A DNA stretch of 64,000 nucleotides, taken from Azolla caroliniana (taxonomy: Eukaryota > Plantae > Polypodiophyta). A model generated the notes under the pieces. The model had not been told where the DNA came from. It did no database searches and saw only the letters and a program-made list of their open reading frames with translations. Position 1 is the first letter of the stretch. Each line of letters begins with the position of its first letter. A program made the translations under genes and the position numbers. The stretch lies in assembly GCA_043228905.1 (NCBI GenBank), contig JBHGNT010000010.1, positions 20,460,001-20,524,000 of the forward strand. The letters run 5' to 3'. Positions 1 through 12,804 of the stretch are shown piece by piece.

Positions 1-1484
1 TCTTGATTACAAGACTTTGAATAAACTGAGATCATGATCGTGTATGCTTCGATATTTGGTTTGATACCAAGTTTTTTCATGTGGTGCCAAACTTGCTCGG
101 CTTTATCCAAAAAGTCACATTTCTCTAGAGACGTTAGCAAAGCTCCATAAGAAATGAGGCTCGGTATTTGACCTTTCTCTACCATTCTCTCAAAAACAAG
201 TAATGCACCATGGAGATCAGCTCTCTTAGCACAAGTTATGAGGGCAGTATCCCATGCATATTGATCAGGTGTAATACCGCATGATTCCATCCTCTCAAGA
301 ATTTCTACACTCCAATGGCTATTGCGAACCTCCCGAGACGAACTCAAAAGCAAGTTAAACTGTGACCTTACTATAATATACGAATCCTTATCAGGGACAG
401 GGCCATCGGCTAGCATCCGTTCAAAAATCTCTAATGAAGCTTCCCATTTCCTTGCTTTACCAAGGATATTCATAGCATGGTTACAAACACCAACCGAAAC
501 TGGATAATTCGAGCCCTTTTGCATGCGAGTTAGCATCCGGTATGCAACCATATGATCTTCAGGGCCCGGCCCACAAGACCATATAATCCCTTGATAATCC
601 CCTAGGCATAGATTTGTTATGGTATCTTCTACCTTTTCAATAAGACCAAGTATTTCGGCGTCGGATCTTCTACGAGAAGACAACATGCTTCGGATGGATC
701 GATAAGCTATTCCAGAAACCACGGCTTTGAATTGTGAAGCAATCTCATTATCCAAATTCGCTTTTATTGAAAGTTCATATAGTTTCAAACCACTATGTAT
801 ATCAATCATCTTTTCTGCGCCCTCGAGAAGCGATCGGAAAGTTGCCGGATCATCTAACACAAAACCCTTCTCATTGAGTTCTTTAAGAGTACCCATGGCT
901 TCTTCATGAAGGCCCATGCGCTCATAAGATGAGATAATGATCTTATATGCAACAAGGTCAGGTTCTACATCATTCACCTTCATGTGTTCAATCACTTTGC
1001 TTACAAATTCAAACTGACCACTTCTATGAATCACGCCAAGAATACTGGAATAGATGAATATATCTGGTTTTTCTTCTCTTGTGTGCAGCCATTCATATAC
1101 AGAGAACGCGGATTTCGTGAGCTTAGCGCTGCCAAGCTTCCTTATAACTGTACAGAACACTGGTAAAGGAAAATACAAACCATCAAGGAGAGACTGTACC
1201 TGGTCCACGTCTTGTATAGATTTTAGGGAATTGAACAGAACTCGAACGGAAGGAGCAAAGGGTCTCTTGTCTTTCTCTTTCTCTAGTTCAAGAGCGATCT
1301 GATGGAGGAGAAGCTTCTGCTGGCCATGGATGTCATGGTCAGGCTTTGCTAGGAAAACAGAGGTGTTGAAAGCGGCAGCATCAGAGCAAGAACAGAGGAA
1401 GGGGGTTCGAGGGAGAGAGTGCGATGGAGTGATGGGGAAGGAGAAGGCATGGGGCATGAGAAAGAAGGTCTCGCTGCCCACCAT
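1..1484 (-). CDS. LPE1: P-type pentatricopeptide repeat protein, LPE1/At3g46610-like (likely chloroplast); 3' end beyond window start
   Basis: Reading frame starts at ATG 1484 (MVGSETFFLMPHAFSFPITPSHSLPRTPFLCSCS, Ser/Pro-rich and transit-peptide-like) and continues into PPR motifs, e.g. KPDIFIYSSILG and GQIPSLISYGALLTSLEKCDFLDKAEQVWHHMKKLGIKPNIEAYTIMIS. This closely resembles At3g46610 as recalled (GEKPTVISYGALLSALEKG..VWNHMIKVGIEPNLYAYT). It is absent from the ORF track, presumably because the stop lies outside the window. Confidence 0.85.
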   Translation of the reverse strand, partial: MVGSETFFLMPHAFSFPITPSHSLPRTPFLCSCSDAAAFNTSVFLAKPDHDIHGQQKLLLHQIALELEKEKDKRPFAPSVRVLFNSLKSIQDVDQVQSLLDGLYFPLPVFCTVIRKLGSAKLTKSAFSVYEWLHTREEKPDIFIYSSILGVIHRSGQFEFVSKVIEHMKVNDVEPDLVAYKIIISSYERMGLHEEAMGTLKELNEKGFVLDDPATFRSLLEGAEKMIDIHSGLKLYELSIKANLDNEIASQFKAVVSGIAYRSIRSMLSSRRRSDAEILGLIEKVEDTITNLCLGDYQGIIWSCGPGPEDHMVAYRMLTRMQKGSNYPVSVGVCNHAMNILGKARKWEASLEIFERMLADGPVPDKDSYIIVRSQFNLLLSSSREVRNSHWSVEILERMESCGITPDQYAWDTALITCAKRADLHGALLVFERMVEKGQIPSLISYGALLTSLEKCDFLDKAEQVWHHMKKLGIKPNIEAYTIMISVYSKSCNQ

Positions 1485-1825
1485 AGCTACAACAAGACTG
1501 TGTACAACAGTTCCTGGCCTGGTATGGAAGGAAGTATGTATGTAAGTTCATGCCATGAATTCTTCATCAAATCAAGCTTATCAATACCAATATGAAGACA
1601 TGGCTATGAATGAATGAATGAATATATGAAGGCCTTCTTCTTTCCTTCATTTTTTTGGCATTGGGTATTATACATAATGTTATAGGTTGGGAGTTCGAAT
1701 CCAGACATGGCCATTCGGGTATAATTTTGTAGCCTTCAATTGTTCACACCAACAATTGCTTGGTTTGTGTGTGGGTGTGTGCACATATGTGAGAGTGTAA
1801 ACCCTAAACACTAAACCCCAAACCC

Positions 1826-2320
1826 CCAATGCCAATGTCTCATGACATGGGATAAATGTGGAAGCTCAGACTTTGTACATTACATATGTTGTACCTAGCT
1901 ACAAAACCATGTTCTTTGAGAACGAGGAAACAACACATATCAATACATGTTAGAACCCATCCATTTGTCTGCCATCTGAACCATTGCTTCTATGTGACTC
2001 TGCTCACACTCACTATGATGTAACATGAGGCATTGGGGCACAAGTGATGAGTGTTATTAACTACGTTGCACGCTTTGCCCTAAATAGGAGTCTGAGCAAC
2101 ACTTTGATATAATGTTCCGCCTTTTATCACATCCGACTATGCTTCCCACACATCTTTAACCAAACCCAAGCCTTGCATGAACTTCTCTCACAATCACGGT
2201 GTGCACTCTCGATTGTGACTTTCATTAGTAAAGTTCTTGAGCATCGAGAGTCAATACTCATTTTCACATGTACTACATGAAAATGTTATATTTGTTTGTC
2301 TTATGGGTCAGATTTGTTTG
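1826..2320. mobile_element. Dispersed repeat family A, copy 1 (degenerate TE remnant, class unknown)
   Basis: Colinear similarity with 34890-35300: gccaatgtctcatgacatgggataaatgtggaagctca vs gccaatgtatcatgacatgggaaaaatgtggaggctca, and cattttcacatgtactacatgaaa vs cattttcacatgtattacgtgaaa. Confidence 0.7.
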
Positions 2321-3711
2321 TCTCACAATCACAATGTGCACTCTCGATTGTGACTTTCATTAGTAAAATTCTTGAGGAAATGTAATAGGGTCATTATAGG
2401 ATAAGTAGGTTGCAAATATTACAACACAACATCATTGAACTAATTATTAGAGAGCTCACAAGGAAATGTGGCTAGCTATTAAAACAAGTTCCTCCATATG
2501 TCATTTTGTTAAGAGATCCTTGGTTGAATGTAAAATTTACATGTTCTTCATTGTAATGACATTTAATTGATGTGGTTTTCTAAAATCTTCCCTAATTTAA
2601 GTTTAAATACAAATTAAGCCATTTTACTATAGCTATGATATAAAAAAATTTAACTTGATTAACTTCTATATAAAATAATTGATATATTTTCTAAGCTATT
2701 GGTGACAATTAGGGCATTACAAAAAAGGGAGCTAACCGATTGATACGGATTAAGACATTTTCCTACATCTAACATAAAAATTCTAACTTATCAAACTTTT
2801 ATATATACATGACCATAGATGAATGCATCTTCTAACATATTTATGCCAATCAAGGAAACATAAGAGGAACAAACCAAAATTGATAGGTCAATGTATAAGA
2901 AAGATGTCTTGGAGTCAACATATTTTCTAACGTATTGATACCAATGAGGGAAACATAAAAAAGAGGAATGGATCAAATATGATAGATCAATGTATAAGAA
3001 AGATGCCTTAGAGTTTATTGATAAGCCATAGATGAATGCCTTTATTTATAGACACATTTGTCTCAAGTATAGCTAAGCAAGCACATGGAAGTCTCCATAC
3101 AACTTCGGGTGACATGGTTTCTAGATTACTTCATGTGACGTGGTTTACCACAAATCAAAATCCTACACTTTGTAAATCCCTAAAGGAAAGCATATGTGGT
3201 GATATCATCATAAAGGCTACAGCATATAATAAGCTTGCCCTACTACCACGTCAAACCAACAAGCCTCATTATCACTCAACATATGGTAGAAATTTGCTAC
3301 TTTTGTTTGCCACCACATGATGCCTTTAAATCAGAAAAAGGCAACAATAGAGACAAATTACAATATATAGCAATCAATCAATGTCTTACACCAAACACCA
3401 GATCCATAACACATACCAACAATAAAATATAAATTTTAGGTAGTGCAAGCAACTTTCTCCATCATACATTATAACCTAAATTCTTGTACAATTACACAAA
3501 GGGAATTGATGAACCCTAGTGAGTATGATGTAGTTCAAGTCACAGTATTTTCAAATCATGGGTTGTAAATTACATGATACAATACATACAAAGTGAAAAC
3601 TGAGAAAGGAATGAAGAAATAAATGTTCCAATAGTAGAGGGCAGAGCAGAGACTCTACTGATCCACTTGCGTCGGTGTATGTTGATTTGATCTGGAGGGA
3701 TAAAAAGAGAT

Positions 3712-3759
3712 GCAGTGGGTTGATCCCATCATTCAGAGGTTCGAATCCTTCCATGCGAG
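3712..3759 (+). pseudogene. trnQ: Degenerate 3' part of a plastid-type tRNA-Gln (trnQ-UUG), probably a small NUPT
   Basis: gcagtgggttgatcccatcattcagaggttcgaatccttccatgcgag aligns to recalled plastid trnQ (GC..CGGGTTTTGGTCCCG..ATTCGGAGGTTCGAATCCTTCCGTCCCAG). The T-arm is intact, the anticodon loop is damaged and the 5' half is missing. Confidence 0.6.
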
Positions 3760-4583
3760 AAACCCAAACATCTTTTATCCAGCCCAGCTAAATCTTAAAA
3801 TGTTGTGTCGTCTTCAATAGAACTCGCTTTCTACTGAACTTTTTATGCTTCAGTAGAAACTTAACCTTATCTCACCTAATCAATTATCTACTTATCTGGT
3901 TTTCACAGTCTACACATGAATATGGAAAGACTTAAGACTACTTCAAAGCTAACTGCATTGTTCAGCCATCTGCTTATCTGATTTTCATTCAACAAACTAC
4001 ACATGAACATGGAAAGACATTAGCAGCACACATTTTAGAAGAAACCGTGTTCATCCCAGATCATGCATACATAACTTTTTATTCCATTCAGTGAACACAA
4101 ATTCCAAATAAACCTCTCAATTTGTTCCTCTGAACATAGATTACAAATATAATTTTTAAACAACCATATAAGCTTTTAGCACAGGTATCACACTCTATGG
4201 TTCTTCCACCCAACACATGACCTCTACAAGGATTATAACACAAAAATATGCTCTCTGCAAGAAAACAATATGTCTAGACTTGTGTAAAAGCAGTATATAA
4301 TAAATAACCAAAAAAAACCATAGTACACTTGAACCAAACATACACAAAGCCCTTATGTTGCTCATATAATTATAGAGCATATAGGAATTCCTAGATCCTT
4401 AGAATATTGCTTATATAATTGCAGAGCACATAGCATTGGAAGATCTCCAATTATTGCGCAATGTGTGTGCATTGAGCAGCAGACCAGAAAGCTCCCTCCA
4501 AGCGGATTGGAAAATAAGAGTAATAAAATAGGTAGACCAAAGAATATGCAAACCATGGTTATCTTTTGAATCATCAGATCATT

Positions 4584-7500
4584 TCACATCTTGTCAAAAG
4601 GAGTGTAGAGCATCTTCTGAAGACCACATCCAGTATAAGGTCCAGCATTGTCTCTTCCAATACCGATCAAATCCAAGAATGTCAAGTAATGAGAGATCCT
4701 ATCAGTCATTCGGATATCCTCCCCATGACCACATTCAACGAATCCATTGAGAATGTTAATGGTCATTCCAAACCCAGGGGTGATGTTGTTGACTGTGTCA
4801 TTCTTTGAAGGCTTCCACTTTCCTGTCATAACGTCATGGCAAGACGGTTGTTTCTCTCTCACTGGAAGCATCCATGTTGCAATTGCAGTTTGGAATGCAA
4901 TCGTGGAATTGGATGCAATCCAATCAGGCCTGTGGAGCAAGTTCAGTTTCAAGAACTTCCCTAATCTTCCGTAGTTGTAGTTCCTAGCAAAAAGCAAAAG
5001 AAGAGTGATATATCAAGTCACCATTTTACTGCAATTCTCAAGCACAAACCGTAAGAGATCATGCAAGACACATACTACAAAGCGAATTAAATCAAGTTGC
5101 TCACATATCTAACTCAGTATTAGCCAGAATCTTGCAAACAAAGTTTGAGGAGAGTAATATTAGTTAGGAATGTACCAGTAGACAGGCAAGGCTCCTCTAC
5201 CATGATAGCTAACTCCTGGAACACAAGGATACTCGACACTGGCCTCACAGTAAAGCTGAGCTGGTGCAAGCTCCTCATTATAGCACAAACCCCATGCAAA
5301 AGGTCCTTTCAAAGCCATTGACCAGCCACCTACATTGTACACGGCTTTATAATTAATTCTCTATACTAAAGACTATTTTAACTCACACATACACAACAAA
5401 CTTTATGGTGAACTTTCTATACTCAACCATATACACTCGACATTCAATATTGATGACTCGATAATAAATACTCTGTACTTAGCACTTTATACGTGATATA
5501 GGAAAACAGACACATTTAACAAGATTTTACATAAAGATGCAATATAAAAACTTCAACGAGAATCTATAATATACATACATGTGGTTTCGTGGGCCACGTG
5601 AGCAAGGAATGCAGCAATCTCTGTCTTTTGCATCTCATCTCCACCTGTTGTACCAAATCCTAGGTGTTCAAAGGTCGATGCAGCAAGTAAGAAATCATGA
5701 TAATTCCAGAAAAAGTTGGCATGTGCCAAGGGGTTGTTCCTCATTGGGAAGAATCTCTCAAAGTGTTCTGAAGTAAAGATTTCTGCAATTGTCTTGTTTG
5801 CAACACAAGCATGCCCTTTCTCACAGACAGCATTGAATGCTGAAGCTCCAGGGACCATCAAAACAGCAACGAATGCAAGTGAAAGCATGTTATATATCTT
5901 CATTGCTCTGCACATGAAAAGCATACATAATATGGAAAATGCTTACTGAATTAAATTGTTCTAGACATTACATGGTTGGAGAACAGTTTTCACATCTAAA
6001 AACACCAATCTAGATTTTGTTAGAAATATTAATTGAATTGAGTTACCTTGATCTGAGTTTTCTTAGAAATATTACATGTATTGAGTTGCTTCCATCTAAA
6101 TTATGTTAGAAATATTATTTGAATTGAGTTGCCTTGATCGGTGCGTGTGGGTGTATGTGTGATAGAGAGAGGGTGAGTGAGTGAGTGAGCAAGAGAGAGG
6201 TGGAACCAAATCCAACAGAAAGGAATCAATTTGCTACCAAAAATCTACAAATTGGTGGTATTCTCTCAAAAACACAGGTAAGTAAAGAAAATTTTCAGAC
6301 ATTGCTACTACGCTTTATGCAAGAAATGAAATGATCCAGCATTTAATATCTTACCATATCAACTTATTCTAAAAACTACCTCTAAACTTATGATGAGTAA
6401 AGCCAAGTCTTCCCATCACTACTTCTCCCACATTATGTGGCGAATGCAACAGTAATTTAAGATTGGATTCTTTACACAAAGAGACCAGCATTTAATCTTC
6501 AATAACAATACGTATATCTAGCATTTAGTGTCCGAGTAACATATCTAGATCCACTATTTAATACCTAAAGACTATACATAGGTCTAACATAACCCTAGTA
6601 CTATGATATAAGAATGAGTATCCAGATCCAGTATTAAGTGTTTGTAGACCATACGTAAGTCTAACATAACCCTGGTAATATGACCTAAGGGTGGGTATCC
6701 AGTCTTCTAAAGAGGTAGAAACAAAACAGACCTCGCCTGAAACAGTGTCGACTAAGTAGATCTTGTTGTTCTATTAAATAAGATAAACAAATTTGGGTTA
6801 CCAATGTGGCATTAAACGTGGAATGATATTATTTGTTGCTACATAGAGAGAAAACCGGCATTTCAATGACCAAAAACCATCTCTGGTTCTTACGTAGCAG
6901 GAAAGCAAAAATATTTCATGATACTGATGTCTCCTTCGTAGAAATTATTTGCGTCGGGATACAGATGTTACTACGTTAGACAATGACGCATTGAACGTAG
7001 AATGTGATAAGACGGTGTTTACGCACTCAGAGATCCACTATTTAAAATCCACAAACTATATCGGCATCTCACAAACTCTGGTAACAGAGTGCAGAACGTG
7101 CTAAATAGCAGAAATTTTGCCTCCTGGCGCATCCTCTGTGTACAATTCGTTGTTATACCTAGCATACAGCCATGTTAGGTTTCACAATGTAAGAGGAATT
7201 AATTGATGGATGGATGGAGAGATAGGTAAACCATCTCCAAGTTGGATCCATGTGTTTTCTACGTAGATTTATAAACAAACCAGAAGAAAGAAAACGCTAT
7301 GCTTCAGAAAAAACTGGACAAAAGGTGTAAAACCAATTTGCAAGGCTAGATCAAGCAGAGATAGGTGAAATAAAGGCAGATCAAAGGAACGACAAAATGA
7401 GGATCCCAATCGCATTGACTAAATACAAACACTGATAAACATAATGTTTTCTTAGGACAGTGACTAGTATGTAAAATTTGTCGATGCGTCAGGCATAAAT

Positions 7501-8261
7501 CTATGCCTAAGTTAAAAAGTCAGGCATTAAAACGTGGAATAAAATAGAGAGATAGAGAGTTCATCCAAATGAAATTCAAAGATACTGCATTCCCTTTGAA
7601 TGCTTTTATACACAAATCGGAGACAATTAACTTAGCATCAGAACATCATAGCTAAAGACAGAAGAAGGGGGCATTACACCGGCAAAACACAACCAAAAAT
7701 TGTGAATTTACAAAGGCTACGCCACATAAATGAGGATAAAGAAGAACTGCAGAAGGCAAATGAGAGTCCAGATAATACCAACCAAATTCCACAGGTAGAA
7801 AGAGGAGGGGGTTAATTGTAGTGATACACAGAAATGGATACAAAATACTAAAAAGAGGAAGGAGAAGGAGACAGCAATTATCTCTCCATTATTATACAGA
7901 CGGAGATACAGAAATTTTGAGGATACACAGACGATATACAGAATCTACTCTAATGAGTCGCGGAGCAGACAAAGAAACTCCACAACAAATAGAAAGAGAT
8001 ACAAAACCCTAAGGGGAAGAAGAAGAAGAGGTATAAGAGAAGGAGGAAGACGAAGAAGGGAAATGTGCACAAAAACCACAATGATTCACAGACAGAGATA
8101 CGGGAAATGTGCACAAAAACCACAATGATTCACAGACAGAGATACGGGAAATGTACACAAAAACCACAATGATTCACAGACAGAGAGATACGGGAGAAGA
8201 AGAAGAAGATGAAGAATAGAGAGAGAGATATGAGACTATTTTACCTGCAGGAAGCTTCCAT
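4584..8261 (-). CDS. GH19 chitinase-like protein (CTL1/CTL2-related); exons 8245-8261, 5579-5907, 5176-5329, 4584-4983
   Basis: Splice phases join cleanly: MEASCR|AMKIYNMLSLAFVAVLMVPGASA (signal peptide)...FLAHVAHETTC|GWSMALKGPFAWGLCYNEE...GRGALPVYW|NYNYG...ECGHG...stop. The first exon (8245-8261) is less certain because downstream ATGs exist at 5903 and 5888. Confidence 0.9.
6540..6702. repeat. Diverged ~77-bp tandem duplication in CTL intron 1
   Basis: atctagatccactatt...gtctaacataaccctagta is followed by atccagatccagtatt...gtctaacataaccctggta; a further partial copy lies near 7030. Confidence 0.6.
8058..8193. repeat. 44-bp tandem repeat, 3 copies
   Basis: gggaaatgtgcacaaaaaccacaatgattcacagacagagatac starts at 8058, 8102 and 8146; near-identical. 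Confidence 0.95.
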
Positions 8262-8499
8262 GGCGAGAGAGAGAGAGAGATTTGTGGCGAAGCGAAGGTA
8301 TGAAGACGAAAGGAAAGGGAAGCTTTGGTGATAACTGAAGAGAGAGAAAGAGGGAAAGAGAGAGACAGCCTGGTTTCCTTCAGTGACCGGGGGGCCACCG
8401 GCTCCTTCGGTCACCGCTTGTCTACTCTTCTCACCGACACTACTTTTCTTCGCTTTTTGTTTACTCTCCGATTCAGAAAGCGACATCTCACCGGAATCT

Positions 8500-9125
8500 A
8501 TTTTCTATTTTCTATTTTCTATTTTCTATTTTCTATTTTTATTTTTTTCCATTTTTTCTTTTTTCTTTTTTCTTTTTTCTTTTTTCTTTTTTCTTTTTTC
8601 TTTTTTATTTGCCGGCCGTTCGCATTCTTTTCCCGCCTTTTTTTGGGGGGTCTACTGCGATTGGGAATACGACGTTCCACCAGGATTTTATTTTTATTTT
8701 TATTATTTACTATATATTTCCTTTTATGTTTAATAATAAATAATAATATATTTATTATTTATTATATATTTCCATTTTTTCTATGTTGAATTTCATCGCC
8801 GGACTCCCCGTAAAAAATCATTTTCCTCTGTCCCGTCTTCCCCGAAAAATCCTTCTCTTTTTTTTTATTTCTTTTGTTAAAAAAAAACATTCTTTTTTCT
8901 TTTTCTTTTTCTTTTTCTTTTTCTTTTTCTTTTTCTTTTTCCCTGTTTTTTTTTTTTTTTTGACTTCTTATTTTTTCATGCAGGAAAATAAAATAAACAT
9001 TTCTTTTCTATTTTCTGTTGCCACGTCAATTTCCTTAACACTATTTGTTTATTATGTATTTCATTCATGCCTTCCCTTTTTTCGCCATTTTTCTTTTTCA
9101 ATTTTCTTCTTTTGTTTTTTTAATT
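8500..9125. repeat. T-rich low-complexity region with (ATTTTCT)n and (CTTTTT)n tracts
   Basis: Directly visible simple repeats upstream of the CTL gene; they explain the Phe-rich spurious ORFs. Confidence 0.85.
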
Positions 9126-11689
9126 AGATGGGGGGTAGGGTCATATGTAGGGGCCCATATTTTGCCAGAAGCTCACTCTAATGTCTCCATTTTTTTGAGG
9201 GGAAAGGGGGGGGGGGGGGCGGGGGCTTTGTCTTAGAACGAATAGAAAGAAACAACAACACAAGGATTTGGATTTTACACACACATTCGGCCTACCCACA
9301 TACATACATATACAAATGCACCACCAACTTTTTCTTGCTTTCTCGTCACCATTTGTGGCTTTTACCTTGCACAACTCAATCGTACTAATCAATACCTCTG
9401 AAGCATTGTAAGATCTTTCTGAATGTAGGAGGCCTTCGGGTAATTGAAATATCGGTTGATAAGTTGTTCCCCACGAAGGATAGCTAGCTTCCCTAAAATG
9501 TAGATATTTGTTCCAATATGGCAGTCATCTCATTTTGGCTTTACAATAATTTATGTACATGAAAGTAACTCCAACTTTTGCCTTAATGATTTTCACATCA
9601 AGTTTGAATTTGTGTAATAGCACTGGTGCAATAGCAGTGTCAATAGGTCCTCCTCTTGCCATGGACCCTACAACAACAAAAACAATATTTATTGACCTAT
9701 GATATTGCACGAACAAGCATTTGAATTGGTGTAATAGCAACGTCAATAAGGCCCTCCTCTTGCCATGCACCCTACCCCAAAAAATGATTTATTGACCTAT
9801 GATATTGCACGAATAAGCTTGTACAACTATGCATATAGACATAAACTCATGTGGCTATGGCTCCATAGCGAGAAATGGTTCTTCCATATGCATTAAGGGG
9901 TAAATGGGGGTACAATACCTAAGTCCAATCTAAATGTATTCACATGCCCTTTTGTGTGTATATATCTTCCTTATTGATGTGGAAGCCTTGTATGTGAAGC
10001 AAGTAGTCATATATTTCAAACCTTGGACAACTTTATTTTTTTGCATTCATGCATGTTTTCTTCTCTTGAATGATGTGTGTGTTCTGTCCATGTGCATTAC
10101 AATCCTTAGGTCTTACTAGGTGGGATTTTTATTTATTAAGAGGAATGTACTTTGTTGATGGCGTGATTAGAATGAGTGCAAGTGATATTAGAGCTCCACA
10201 ACAGAGATATTCTTAAATACGTAAGTTGTTGTGAGCTTGAAATTCCCCACTACAAGGAGTAAGAAATGAATACATGTTTCTAGGCTACGAGGATGTCAAT
10301 CATAAATGACGTCATGTAAAGCATCCTTTGAGGAATATGTTACATGAACAACATAGGAAGAATAACACGAAGAAGGTAGATGAAGAAGAAGAGGGTGACT
10401 CAAATTTAATCGTCCTCAAAATGGTGGAGGGTGTACTATTCAATTATTGTTGTGTGCTTGATGTGTAAAGTATGGGTATAAAGACCATAAAGTATCACTC
10501 GTAACAACTTACATTCAAGTCTTGAGGTTGAAAAATCTTGAAACAGGGAGGGGATAGACAGTTTACCACTCATAACACTAATTTGTGTTCGTATGCTATG
10601 TCATCTTCTTGTTCCAACTTTCTGTATTTCATGTGCTTCACTCGCCAACCTTTCCATTCTCGTATCAACATTACGCCTAATCAGAGGATTGTAGCATGTC
10701 AAAACCACACATTGTAGTGTCATACCACCTCATGCAATTTCTCCCCCCTATTGATTTCATTGGATATTGCATCTTCTCCCCGTCATGTGCACATGTTCTC
10801 CATGTGGACCTGAGGCTCACAAGTGAATTCTGGTAGGTGTTTAATCAACAAATTCGAAACTCTACATTGGTAAAGCAACAACACAATATACTTATCCACA
10901 TTTTTGTCTTCTTGTTCTCAATATATCATTGGAATCGAAAAACAAACCTTTGTAATACAAATTTAGGTGCTAATTTAGGAGGTGCAACCCATTGAAATAT
11001 AGAGGAGCATCCTAACTACCGAGTTGGATCATCCCTTTGATAATAGCGTTACCTATTTTGTGTGGATTTTCTCAATTATCTTCAAAAAATCAATGCATAT
11101 ACTACCTTTTATTGACATGATATACATAATAACTTGTTTGATTACGAGCTCTACTTCAATTTGATGCCATCACCATTGTTATTTCAAATATCTATCTTCA
11201 ATTATTACAAATTAAAAACATTTACAACTCATTCTACATCTTTTTGCACGTTTTTTCACATTTTACAAACTTTGCAAGAACAAGGACATCAACCTTGTAT
11301 GTTCATAGGTGATTTTTTACATTGATAATTGCCCACTAGATCATTGCGCTCGAGATAATAAGACTTATGCACACCTAAATGAACAAGGCGGACTACTTAA
11401 TCCTAAAAATTTATCATTTGGTAATACAATTGGTAACAACAATTCAAATGAAATGGATCAACGCTATCCTAAACAAAATGTTATTGGCAATAATTGGGTA
11501 ACACTTCTTGATCATTTTGTATGGAACGAAAGGTATTTTGATTGGATTAAAAAATAAAAATAAAGCCAACCTATGTATTGTTAGGAGGAGCACGTCTTAC
11601 TTGGTACACTAGGAGCATTATTAGTCACTAAAAACACATAGAAGGCTAGACTCACATTCTCCACCCATTCAAAATAAAACAGTGTCACA

Positions 11690-11997
11690 GAGTGGTAGTG
11701 TATGTTTAGACATGTTGTGTATTGTGGAGATAAAACTAAGCGGTGGTGATGGTATGGATATGTCCATGCATGCAAGTGGATAATGAATCTTAATTTGTAA
11801 AATATATGCATGGACATATCCATACCATCACCACCACTTACTTTTATCTCCACAATACACAATATGTCTAAACACACACACACATCTTACAAATTAAGAT
11901 TCATTATCCACTTGCATGCATGGACAAATCCATACCATCGCCAGCACTTAGTTTTATATCCACAATACACAACATGCCTAAACATAGACTACCACTC
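11690..11997. repeat. Long inverted repeat (~111-bp arms at 11690-11800 and 11887-11997) with an extra partial arm at 11806-11874
   Basis: The left arm gagtggtagtg...gaatcttaatttgtaa is the near reverse complement of ttacaaattaagattc...actaccactc. The ORF track shows YKLRFIIHLHAWT on both strands. Confidence 0.9.
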
Positions 11998-12804
11998 ATG
12001 TGGAGATGACAAAAGTTATGTTGTTAATTTTCACAACGTTAAAAAATGATTGTCTGAAAGTATGATGATCCAAGTAAAAGAAGAGAGATGGCACCTTCCC
12101 TTATAATGCTTAAGTGCTAGCCCAAATTGTGCACATTGTTCGTATTTTATGTCCAAATATGGAATGAATGGAAGCGTCATCAATCGAGAGCCAGAATGAG
12201 TTAGAGCCAACACTTTGAATCCATTGCATGCGTGTTGTTGAATATGTGGATTAATGAAGACTAATATTTGGAGCAACTTTATAGCACGTGAAACATGTGC
12301 GATAGATTGTGGAGGAATCCAAGTGAGTATGTGGACATATATTTGAAAATCGCAACATCGTTTGTAGAAAGTGTGGACAAATCGAAAACAATGTCGAGAT
12401 TGTGTAATATATATTTGAAGTTGCTTTGCACATGGGCTTGAAGCAAGAATTAGTGGACCATTTTTGGAGTCTACGATGTCATTAATCTAGCATGGTATGG
12501 AATACATTCGGAAGGCGCGTACCCAAGAGGGTATACGCATCTAGATGCGAGCGAATGAGCGAATTGCATTTTGTGGGAGCTATGGTGCTGATGGGCAAAG
12601 GGTGTGAATGGATCGAAGTCAAGGCAAGGGTCTTTTGGGGCATGGTGGATGGTGTTGTCTGGAAGGAGCTTCGTGGATGTGGTCTTTCCGAAGTGTGGTT
12701 TAAACCTTGAAACCTAACCCTAAACTAGATCCTAAACCCTAAAGTGGTCCAAGCCGGACACAACTCATCATGGATGGGCTCACAACTCACAGAGTCACAA
12801 AGAT

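Noticed and set aside
1382-1556. Upstream ATGs (ATG-GCA-TGA at 1556; overlapping out-of-frame ORF from 1551) before the PPR start
   Set aside because: TSS unknown, and a pyrimidine-rich acceptor-like site near 1519 suggests they may be intronic; uORF function cannot be supported.
1685-1712. GTTCGAATCC B-box/T-loop motif (a similar one at ~61490)
   Set aside because: No cloverleaf or A-box found; too short to call a tRNA or SINE.
8058-8193. Regular direct repeats superficially like a CRISPR array
   Set aside because: Head-to-tail copies without unique spacers, eukaryotic intron context, no cas genes.
8325-9127. Phe-rich ORFs of 114-154 aa resembling membrane proteins
   Set aside because: Artefacts of T-rich simple repeats.
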